From Octopus bimaculoides (Eukaryota): a stretch of 64,000 bases of DNA. The stretch's first letter is position 1; every line of letters begins with the position of its first letter. Positions 14,392 through 26,000 of the stretch are shown piece after piece. The stretch is from contig NC_068987.1 in the NCBI RefSeq assembly GCF_001194135.2, positions 80,240,095 through 80,304,094 of the forward strand, given 5' to 3'. The notes beneath the pieces are model-generated. The model made no database searches. It worked only from the letters and a program-made list of their open reading frames with translations, and was not told where the DNA came from. A program made the translations under genes and the position numbers.

Positions 14392-15893
14392 AAATTTTGG
14401 CCCAGTACTTTTCCCAGAATGAGTGCATGTTCTTCATAAAATTTATTTAAAGAAATAGAGAGAGAGAGAGAGAGAGTAATATCATATATGAATATCTGTT
14501 GATGTATTGAGAACATATAACGTACATGGTATATTGATTTGCGCTTATTACTCTACTTATAAACTTATAAAAGAGAGCAATTTTATTTTTCTCGTTCAAT
14601 TCATATTTTTGTAAGTAAGCGTAAGTTTATGAATATATATGTGTGTGCGTGTGTGTGTAATCGCTAGTTAGAGAATATATATATTGGTTTTCTTTGTTAT
14701 CGCCTTTCAGGAACTAAAAGACATCTATTGTACAGTTGGACTAAAGCTTAAATGTTTATTCAGGCTTTAACTTGTCTTTGAATTCTCTATTTTAAGTAAC
14801 CGGACATAGCTTCTTTGAACTTGCTACTCCCTGGAATGTGTGTGCGTGTGCGCATGCGTGCATCTATATGTATACACGTTTTTATATCTATATTTATATA
14901 TATATATATATATATGCATATATGTATGTATGTATAGCTAATATAGCTGCCTTATTAGAGTTAATTAACTTCTTATTTCAAATATTCCAAATATTCTTTC
15001 ATTCTATTCATTTTTCTTTCCCTCCCCCTTTTTATAAAAAAAAAACATTTGATTTCAGATGGTCTCAAAACGGGTTTTATTTCTATTATGAATATTCATT
15101 ATATTATCAATGATGAATTTCATGGCAATCGGAGCTCTAAGGAAAATGTTGACATTTCATCACTTTAATTATATGAAACAAATTCTTAAATACTCATGCT
15201 TCTTAGTAGAAAAATATATATATATATATATATCTTCAATTTGCTATTACTATTAATATTACATACAATGGAAAAATATTCTAATATATGTATGCAATTA
15301 GAACACACAATAAAAGTAATTTTAGTTTCATACTGGTGTGGAAATATGTTTGTATAAGCGTGTGTGCGTATGTCCGTGTATATGAATGCAATACCATTTT
15401 TGTTGTTGGATTGCCGAGGCAAGAGACAAGCAGCACAGATAGTTTCAAAACAACAATGAAGCTGAAGGAATATGAAGTAATACGGAATGAAAATGTTGAA
15501 AGTTGAAAGTTAGTAAAAATATAACTGTAAATATAACAAGCGAAGATAACTCACAGATTGTTGATATATCGTTCACAAATATTAGCACCAACAGTACAAA
15601 TTATTCAGTGCAAATCACACAGAAGTTCAAATCAATAAGATCAATAATAATAATAATAATAATAATAATAATCTTTTCTACTCTAGGCACAAGGCCCGAA
15701 ACTTTTGGGGGGAGGGGGTACTAAGTCGATTAGATCGACCTCAGTGTTTCACTGGTACTTAATTTATCGACCCCGAAAGGATGAAAGGCAAAGTCGACCT
15801 CGGCGGCATTCGAAATCAGAACGCAAAGACGGATGAAATGCCGCAAAGCATTTTGGTGCGTGCTAACGATTCTGCCAAGTCGCCGCCTTGTTG

Positions 15894-15949
<56 letters not shown>

Positions 15950-16467
15950 NNNNNNNNNNNNNNNNNNNNNNNNNNNNNNNNNNNNNNNNNNNNNNNNNNN
16001 NNNNNNNNNNNNNNNNNNNNNNNNNNNNNNNNNNNNNNNNNNNNNNNNNNNNNNNNNNNNNNNNNNNNNNNNNNNNNNNNNNNNNNNNNNNNNNNNNNNN
16101 NNNNNNNNNNNNNNNNNNNNNNNNNNNNNNNNNNNNNNNNNNNNNNNNNNNNNNNNNNNNNNNNNNNNNNNNNNNNNNNNNNNNNNNNNNNNNNNNNNNN
16201 NNNNNNNNNNNNNNNNNNNNNNNNNNNNNNNNNNNNNNNNNNNNNNNNNNNNNNNNNTGAAATTTGCAGGGGGCGAATTAATCAATACCATTGATTTCAG
16301 TACTTTTATAAGTACTTGACTTTTATCGCCCTCATAGGAATAAAAAGCAAAATAGATATCCACGGTATTTGAACCGAAGATGTAAAGAGAAAGTCGGAAC
16401 AAATACTGCACGGAATTTCTTACCAACCTACAAACGATTCTACCTACCCGCCGATCTAATATCATTA

Positions 16468-16517
<50 letters not shown>

Positions 16518-16604
16518 AATAATAATAATAATAATGATAATAATAATAATGGTAATTATAATAATAATAGTAATGGTAATTATGATAACAATAGTAATGG
16601 TAAT

Positions 16605-16644
<40 letters not shown>

Positions 16645-16810
16645 GTGGGTTCAAATTCTGCCACAAGGGCAACTGGTACTTATTTTATCGACCCCGAAAG
16701 GATGAAAGGCAAAGTGGACCACGGCGAAATTTGGACTCCGAACGTAAAGACGAACGAAATGCCGCTAAGCATCTCACCCGGCGTGCTAACGATTCTTCCA
16801 GCTCGCCGCC

Positions 16811-16858
<48 letters not shown>

Positions 16859-18719
16859 GTAATAATAATAAGCATTATCAATAGCAACAATTTGTGGAAA
16901 TTATCGATGACGTGTTTGTCCGAATGGGATATTTTTGTGATGAGGAATGTTTCGTTCATGAAGCCTCGTTCTGGTGAAAGGTTTCAATTTTCTGTTTTTT
17001 TTTTAAGACGAGAAACAAAATGAAGAACAAAAGACTGAGTAGCAGATGGAGGAAGTGCATTATTAGCATATTCTGTAACCTTCCATGCATTTCGCAAAGG
17101 ATATCAGTGATGTAAATTAAGTGAAGTTGTTTTCTTCATCAGGAATCGAAAAACGATTTTGCTGGGTTGTCATCTCATTATAATAGCGTCCCGCAGTATC
17201 AGAAAATTTGGCAGATTATATATATTTACACAAATCCGGTAGCTTTTCATGTCCATTCCATCCTATAAAGAAAAATTGAAATATTACATACATATACACA
17301 CACACACACGTATATATACTATTATTATCATCATTATTATCATTATTATTATTATTATTTTATAACAGTTTACATTCGGCTCCATGTAACTTAAAGCTAC
17401 GTTGGCTCCTAAGACGAACCTCGCTCGTCAAGCATCTGAGTTTGGTTTACGGATAGTTATTCGTCAGAGGATATCAAATATACAGCAAGTTCTATACCAG
17501 GTAGTTTACCTACTACTGTATTATATTCCAAACAGTATTAACTTAAAATAGGTTATCACAAGGCAGGTGTTATTGATAGAAAATATGCCGCGTATATGTT
17601 TAACGACACTCCGTTTAAACTTGGATATTTCAATAAAGCGATACTAAATAAGAATAAAACTCTTTGTATAAAGCAAATGAAAATTGAATAAAATGTACAT
17701 TACAAAATAGGAATAGCTCTGAAAATGCAGCGTAATGTATGAAAAAACTTTTCTGAGAGTCATAACTTCTTGTGAAAAGGCATTAAAACTTGCAGTTAAA
17801 AAAAACTGAATTCTTAGGATATTTTTTCGTCGAGAATTTTTTCATGTTTAGAATTTATTTATGATTTCTGTAAGTTTATTCTTAGAGGTAACTCTATTTG
17901 ACATTTATGCCTTTTATAAAATATCTTTTACTGTGAAACCTGATAAATGGGGATTGCATATAAGCTCGTCTCTACAAACGTTTACGTTCATGGGTAGTAC
18001 AATGCATACCTATGCCAATTTAATATTACCACCAAACCTTCGGATGGCTCTTTCTGTTCCTTCCATCAGTCACGTAAGTCGTGAAAAATGCCATGGGCCC
18101 TACCCTTCCTCTGAATAAGTCATTTCAGAGACGATATCAGTATCTAATACAATAAATAACATGCTCAGTTCTGGGAAGAAAGTTCAAGAAATCGTTACAA
18201 TAGTCACATGGTACGGTCGCAGTACAGCTGTACAATGCAAATTGGTTGACAGAAAAGTTACATCTTTTCGGTCTATTTATGAAAATCTCGAACTGGAAAC
18301 TGACGGTGAGTATCACGATTATTCTTCCTAGATATCTACAATATCGACAATTTTGCTTACAGCAAATTTCAGCTGATCAGAAATATATTTACAGAAAAAA
18401 ATACTTCATAGTTCGAAATTTTATTAAAAAAATAATAATGCTTGTAAACATATTAATGGTGACATAGAAAATAGAAACAGCGGTATTAATGCTTCTAATA
18501 TATACAATATAGACTGTAGTTCTGAGGTCTATACTAGCACAGACATTACTGATACGCCTGATGATGCTGAAATGAATGTGAATGATACTACAATTGAAGG
18601 ATGGAGGGATAATACCAGATATGATAACACATATAGTCGTAGTGGGATTAATATTAATAGAAATATTAATAATAATACGAATAATGGTATGAATATCAAT
18701 AATATTAATAGTAGTAATT

Positions 18720-19065
18720 CTCCTAATTGCAGTTGTAGAGTTAAATTCCACTTTCCATTATTAGGCCGATGTCTAATCCAAAATGTAATCTATAAGTGTA
18801 CAATCAAACTGTAGCTGGTAACTTTGTATATATAGGATGTTCACTAAATATGAAAAAACGTATTAATAACCATTTCTCATCTTTTATGCTCAAACATAAG
18901 ACCAATTGTACGTCCTTGTCTAGCAAGATTTGGGAACTGAAGGAAAGGAGATTCGAATTTAGCCTTAAATGGGATATTATAAGGAAAGCGCACCCTTATA
19001 GAGATAGTCGATACGGTGCGAGGTGTGCTCTATGGAAACTTATGAAATTTTTAAGAGCAACATAA
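18720..19065 (+). mobile_element. Degenerate Penelope-like element, GIY-YIG endonuclease region
   Basis: CSCRVKFHFPLLGRCLIQNVIYKCT, frameshift, then VYIGCSLNMKKRINNHFSSF...TSLSSKIWELKE....SLKWDIIRKAHPY...RCALW. Matches the PLE pattern C.C....CPL.G.CL...IY...YIG....R..NH..SF...T.LS..IWELK...W.I...A.PY..C.LC. Preceded by an Asn-rich stretch. Confidence 0.8.
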
Positions 19066-19227
19066 TTAATAATAGATTAGACTTAAGGGTATCACGCGTA
19101 CATAGGGCCACCCGTATATTTAAATATTTTCGAAATTAGCGTTTAAAGATGCTACACTTGAACCTGGATAAGAGAAATTAATTTTTAGTATCATAATCTG
19201 ATGTGAACTTACCCCCTAAGTATTATA

Positions 19228-19331
19228 TATACACACACACATATATATATACACATACATATATATACACACATATATACACACACATACATACACACAC
19301 ACATACATACATACATACATACATACATACA

Positions 19332-19421
<90 letters not shown>

Positions 19422-19427
19422 TACATA

Positions 19428-19462
<35 letters not shown>
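19228..19462. repeat. Compound microsatellite (CA/TA/TACA)n
   Basis: Read directly. Other long tracts: (TA)n 2221-2296, 30565-30625; (TAT)n 13145-13200; (AAT)n 15895-15949, 16455-16640, 48095-48180; (GATA/GGTA)n 56060-56195; (GACA)n 62880-62995. Confidence 0.95.
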
Positions 19463-19466
<4 letters not shown>

Positions 19467-19856
19467 AAGTACTTAAATACATACGCTTGAATACATCCCC
19501 GGAATATTATAAACAATTCATATGAACACGAGGTCGACGTTAGCATCACAAACAATATATGATGATAGAAAATATATTAGCACTTTAAACATTCAAAAGT
19601 AAACATTTTACGTATCGTGTCTCCGTATTATATGATTACTGCCTCGAGCGCCACATGTGATTCACTTACTTGGAATATTTTGAAGACAACCATAAACCAA
19701 TTTTAAGCAAATGTTTCAAGATAAAGTTGAAGACACAGCAACACATCGGTCGTTCTTTACTAGAGATGAGAACTGCATTTCTATCTCCATCAAGTTTGTT
19801 TCTGTCGCTCTTTTCCAAAAACTGCGTCCCCAAGACTTTCTTCATAGTTTTAATGA

Positions 19857-20024
19857 TTACCAATGGGAAAAGGCTTCATCAGAACTCATGTCTGTAGCTC
19901 CAGGTGAGAATAGTTGATACCAGCCAACTGTATGCCTGCTCAAATCCAAATTTTCTAATTTTACCACGATTTCTCCAAGACAGACTTTCTTATCGAAAGT
20001 TTTCTGTTTTTCCCAAACGTTAAT
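19857..20024 (-). CDS. C2B exon 3, terminal (0 in): INVWEKQKTFDKKVCLGEIVVKLENLDLSRHTVGWYQLFSPGATDMSSDEAFSHW*
   Basis: Acceptor tatttttcttgcag. VW...GE...L..LDLS...GWY.LF matches the RIM-family C2B end; TAA at 19859-19857. Confidence 0.92.
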   Translation of the reverse strand: MNVWEKQKTFDKKVCLGEIVVKLENLDLSRHTVGWYQLFSPGATDMSSDEAFSHW

Positions 20025-23000
20025 CTGCAAGAAAAATATATTGTATTATTTTTTTTATTTATTAGCATAATACTGTCGATTTTACAAAGGAAAAGTTATG
20101 GTCAGTTACATGAGTTATACCTTGGACTTTGCAAGACACAAAGCTTTCAATCAAGTACTCCAAGAAATAAGTGCTATTTTAGAAAATAAGATCATAAACT
20201 TCAGTCAATATTTACTTGAGACAATTTCCTTTACTGATATTGCCTTCAAGCATTACTATAAAATTTTGTATTTAATTATTTCAAATATAATGGATATTGT
20301 TTTAGAAAATTTAAATGAATAATATTTACATTATTTACATTGACGGATATTTGTCGTCATCTTGTTTGTTGTTAACACAACATTTCGGCTGATATACCCT
20401 CCAGCCTTCTTCAGGTGTCTTGGGGAAATTTCGAACCTGCATTCTCATTCCGAAGGTATTTTTTGATGGTATTATTACTATTATTATTACTATTATTATT
20501 GTTCAGGTCACCTCTTGGAATCGAACTCGGAATTTTGGGGTTAGTAGCCCGCACTCTTAACCACTACGCCATATGCCAATTAATTAATCGATTGTTTCAT
20601 TAACTGATCGGTCAGTCATTCCACCAGCTAGATTTGCTAGTCTTTTCGTCACCATTCGTGACCTTATCAATTACACACCCACAAACATAGTAACAAAAGG
20701 ATTTTGATCTAGCTGATTGATTGACTGATTGATTATTCGAACGATTAATTACACGATCGATTAGTTAATTGGTTAAGTGAGTAAGCAATCGACTTTTAAT
20801 ATTACAAGAAGTAAAATAGAACTATTGCATATGTTTATCATTGGCACAATGACCCTCCGAGATACAACACAATTTGTTAAAATACACGAGTTCCTATAAG
20901 AACCTTACAAACCAAATACGAAAAATGAATAATTATTTATTCATAGAAAATACAATGAATGTCAAACATGTATTTAGGTCGATTAAATTAATTTGTAATG
21001 GATAGAAATTGAGTGAATTCAAATATTTAGAACGCTGGTACAAGCGAAATATTTTCCATTAAGCTTTCACCTTTAAGTGTCTTCCAAGAGCATTACAGGC
21101 AGAATATTTTATCTTCTCTCTATAGCTTGGATTCACACCTTCTTTGTTCACGCTCGTTTTCTTCTTCTGCATCGTTTTATTTCCTTGCATCAGATATGTT
21201 TTCACATAGGTTTCTTTCAAATAGAAAAAGGATCGTAAAAGTTATTATCCGAAATAGCTTTTGGTATAAAGCAAGTTTTGAATAAATGGATAAATAGTGA
21301 GACAGAAGTGTGTTTAACTATCTACCATCCTAACTCAAAGCAGTAAGGTGAAGTAGTAATTAAACTGACACGGGATTGATGTCCATTCATGTTTATTCAA
21401 CTCAAAATGTACGCAGAAATATAGCACACACGCACACTCTCTCTCTCACTCTTTCTCCACTCTTTCTCCACACACACACTCACTCACTCACTATGTCATA
21501 TTTGGTTACAAACAAAAGAAATCATATTCATACATTGTAACAGAGTTTACACGTTCATTTGGCTACAGGTGATGACATTCTGTCATTGTGAATTAGTAAC
21601 TTTGGCGTTTTACAATGCGATACAAGAGATACATAAGACATATTTATATGTATACATGAACAAATCTATATCGCCGAAGGTAATATACAGAGATATATAC
21701 ATAACGGTATTAAACTCTAAAGTCTATTCGCAACGTAATATCTTAAATTATTCGTTTTTGATCATAGAAAAAAAGAAATATGAATGCATTCATTCATCCG
21801 TTTTACCTTGTGGCACAGATTTGTCTGGTCTTGATAAACCATGAGCTGTGATTACACTGATTTCTAACTGACCCTTCGTAACTATAAAACCAAGTTTCAT
21901 GCATCCTTTCGTTTCATCACCTACAGAGACAAAAATTAGATATTGTATTAGATAAATCATAAATAATATAACTCAATGCGCAGAACCGTATCTTCTGCAA
22001 ATATATTTCGATAACCAAATATTGTGAATGTATATATTTAATCAGTTATTGTGTCAAACGTGTCAAACGTAATCAAAGTGAAAAAATAAAATGAAACACA
22101 CTAACCAATATGAAAATGAACACAATATAATATATATCATTGGGACATAAAATACACATGTAAAAGAAAATATGTAGCGTGTTCAATTCTTTCATAGAAA
22201 TCTCGCGCTTCCATGCAAATAAGATGCTGTCCGCCTCGATTTATTTGCTGTCTGTGTTCCTGCATGTTATGTTGGAGTTTTCGTCTTCCCAGTTAGCAAT
22301 ACTTTCAACAAGGATGTGCCATCCAACCAGGAGGAAGTTGAAACTTTCCGACACAGGCAACAATTACCGACGTATTCGAATATATATGCACACACAATCA
22401 TACAAAGACACATACATGCACACAAATTCACACACATACAAACACACTTAAGTATAAATACACATTGTTGTTGTTGGCACTCCGTCGCTTACGACGTCGA
22501 GGGTTCCAGTTGATCAAATCAACGAACAGCCTGCTCGTGAAATTAACTTGCAAATGGCTAAGTACTCCACAGACACTTTACGTAGTTCTCGGGGATATTT
22601 AACATGACACAGTGTGACAAGGCTGACCCTTTGAATTACAGGCACAACAGAAACAGGAAGAAAGAGTGAGAGAAAGTTGTGGTAAAAGAGTATAGCAGGG
22701 TTCGCCACCATCCCCTGCCGGAGCTTCGTGGAGCTTTAGGTGTTTTCGCTCAATAAACATTCACAACGCCCGGTCTGGGAATCGAAACCACGATCCTATG
22801 ACCACGAGTCCGCTGCCCTAACCACTGGGCCATTGCACCTCCACCATAAATACACATATGCATACGCAAAGGAAAATGTACTCAATAGCTGAATTCCTGT
22901 TTACACATTCTCCATACGAAAATTCTGTGCGAATCAATGTCTAAAATTCATATCGATTTCTTCAACAAAATACTTACCTGGCTGTACAGCTTCGATCTGC

Positions 23001-26000
23001 CCTGGTCCTTGGCATGGCAACTCCGGTACATTATGAATATGTTGAAGTAAAGGTGAAGTTTGTGTACTGAAAGAGAGTGAGGTATACAGTTTTAACTTCT
23101 TTTCCGCAAGATATGCAAATGCACTATACAAGATGACACTTACGTATGATGGCAATTATTATCCGTTATATCTCAAATATTCAGAAATACTGACTGGATT
23201 ATTCGATAATTCTCTAAGCAAACTTGAATAATTAATTTTAATAAATATACCTGGAACAGGTTTTATTTCACTTCTTTTGATGTTATTGCTTTCAAATTTT
23301 GGTACAAGGCTGACACTTCTAGGGGAGGTTGTAAGTCGATTACATCAATCATAATGTTCTGCTGATAATTATTTTATCGATCCCGAATGGACGAAAAGCA
23401 AAGTCGATCTCAATGGAACTTGAACACTGAATGTAAAGACGGGCGAAATGCCGCTAAGCATTTTGTGCGGTGTGCTAACGATTCTATTGTCTCACGAGGA
23501 ATGAAACAGAGCCGATGCGCGTGTTTATTGCTGGCATAACGACGCTCCAGAGATACAATATATGTTTCAACACACGAGTTCATATCACGAATCTTTCAAA
23601 TCAAATACAAAAGCGAAATTCTTCGGAAAAAATTGATAGATCTTTGGAAGGAAGGTTGGCATCTTAAACAATGAACTTTTGTTCATTTGCTTCTTGATTG
23701 AAAACTTAATGACAAAGAAAAAATAATTATATTTCAAGGAACCGGCAGTATAAGTTCTAATTATGGAGGACGCGACTAGACAAAGAGTGGATTTATTTAG
23801 GAGATGCGAATGTCTTAATTTAGAGTTATAGTTGACAGAAAAGTTTGAAATCGTAGATTGTGCATATAAATTTTAAATTTTCTACTTGAGTATATAAAGC
23901 TTAAATATTTGACTCTAAACTTTTCTTTTTAAAGACACTAAATTTGATCGAGTACGTTATTATTTCATGGAAATGCACATGTTATAGAGTAAGGGTTCTT
24001 TTTTTTTTGTAGTTTCAGCTCATAGCTGTGGCCATGCTGGAGCACCACCGTTTTGCTACACTGTTATTACTGAGATCCTCCTCTAATACGTGGCACTTGG
24101 TGTAGAATGGAGTTTGATGTAGCTACCCTCATTTGCACCTCTTGCAGTGAGGTAAGTTCATCTGGGACTCTCGACAAGAAGAGGTCCAGCATTGATTTAA
24201 AAATGCCCACATCTACTTTGCGTAGATTCCTCAGGCTCTTTGGGAGAATATTAAAAAGCTGTGGGCCCCTNNNNNNNNNNTTGCGTAGATTCCTCAGGCT
24301 CTTTGGGAGAATATTAAAAAGCTGTGGGCCCCTGAAACCCAGGCTGTTGCAGTAACTGGTCCAGAAGCGCGATGGCATTGCTAGGATCTTTGGCACTGTA
24401 CAGGCACTGTGCAGTGTCGACCCGTTCTGGCATTGGTATAGCTTTCAATGCCAAAATTTGGCACAATTCCTTCCAGGATCTTCCAGATATATATTACTGC
24501 ATATCTCTCCCGCCTTCGCTCCAGGGAGCAGAGCCTTAGCTGTTTCAGTCTTTCCCAGTAGCTGAGCTGTTGCAAAGAGACGATCTTCTTTGTGAAACTT
24601 CGCTGGAGTGCTTCAAGGTCCGCTGTTAATTTTACACTGTTGGGTGACCATAGATGGAGCAATAATCCAGGCTGCTGAGGACGAATGTCCTCCAGAGGAC
24701 CATCATGGTTTCCTTATCTCTGGTTCTGAATGTTCTCAGGATCAATCCAGCCAGTCGTCTGCATTTTTTCGCCATCCTGATGATGTGCATTTGGAAAAAG
24801 GTATCATCACTCATGTCGATACCCAGGTCCCTCACTGATTTAGGCTCTGGCATTGTAATTCCATGTGGACCAGTGTACCCTGTAAGTTTCATATTCAGTT
24901 TTGGACAGTGGTAGCGCAAGGCTTGGAATTTTTCAGCATTAAACTGCATATATTTTTATCCTCTTCTTTTTTTAAAAACACTAGATTTGATCGAGTACGT
25001 TATTTTTCATGGAAATGTACATGTTATAGACTAGTGTCAAGCTCCGTGTAGTGAAAGTTATTCATTTTAAGAAAATTCAGTTAAACTCCACCTGTAGCAA
25101 TATAGGTGAATAGTGAACATTTTTCAGTAAAGAGCACTCGCTTTATAAATTGTCGAGCAAAATTCAAAAGAGGAAATATCTTATAAAACAGCTGGTATTT
25201 GAACAAGTGTGTGTATAACGCACAATGATTTATGAAGATATTATCAAATGACTTAGTGAAGTATTATTTAGTTTCTCAACATCGTTGTTTGTCATATTTG
25301 ACACCGCTACTATAGTGCAGGTGTGAGCAAGAGATAAATGGAGAAAAAAATTCCTTAGCTTTTATAGATACAGAAATAAACGCTAATTAAATATTTATAG
25401 AATTCCTGAACATTTTAAACAGTTCTTTTAGCTTTGATCTGATTCTTATGCAGAGTGCTCCACTGACCTGTAATATTTAGTGTTTACGCTTTATTTTTAC
25501 TTTTATTAATTCTTTTTAACTTGGGCACAAGGCCAGCAGTTTTGTGGGGTAGGGATAAGTTGATTGCATCAACCCAAGCACAAAACTGGTATTTATTTTA
25601 ACTAGCTCCGGAAGGATAAAAAGTAAAGTCGATCTCATCGGTATTTGAACTCCGAATGTAAAGACCCGGAGGAATTGCCATTAAGTATCGTGTTCGGTAA
25701 TGATTCGGATAGGTAGTCGTCCTAATTTTATTTGTAATAAAGTTGGTCTCAGACTTAGGCACAAGGGATTAGTCGATTACACTGACCTCAGCTTTGAGCT
25801 GTTACTTCTTTTGTCGGGTCCGAAAGTATGAAAAGTAAAGTTGACATTTGAACTCAGAACGTAAAGAACCGGAGACAAAGGCCGCTAAGAATTTTGTCGG
25901 ATGCGGTAACGATTCTGCCAGCACAACGCCATAATTTCATTTATAATAATCTTTTCTACTATAAGCACAAGGCCTGAAATTTTGAGGGAGGGGGCCAGTC

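Noticed and set aside
13985-14790. Three acceptor-like sites on the plus strand (~13996, 14161, 14710)
   Set aside because: The first has early stops in all three frames and none gave a recognisable product; only RNA-seq could support a non-coding transcript.
17440-17475. CTGACGA...GTAAAC on the minus strand as a fourth hammerhead; also CTGATGA at 7869 and 28688
   Set aside because: No stem II closing onto GAAA and no stem I partner.
24218-24330. ~53-bp direct repeat flanking a 10-N gap; likewise 26998-27070
   Set aside because: Identical sequence on both sides of a placeholder gap indicates unmerged contig overlap.
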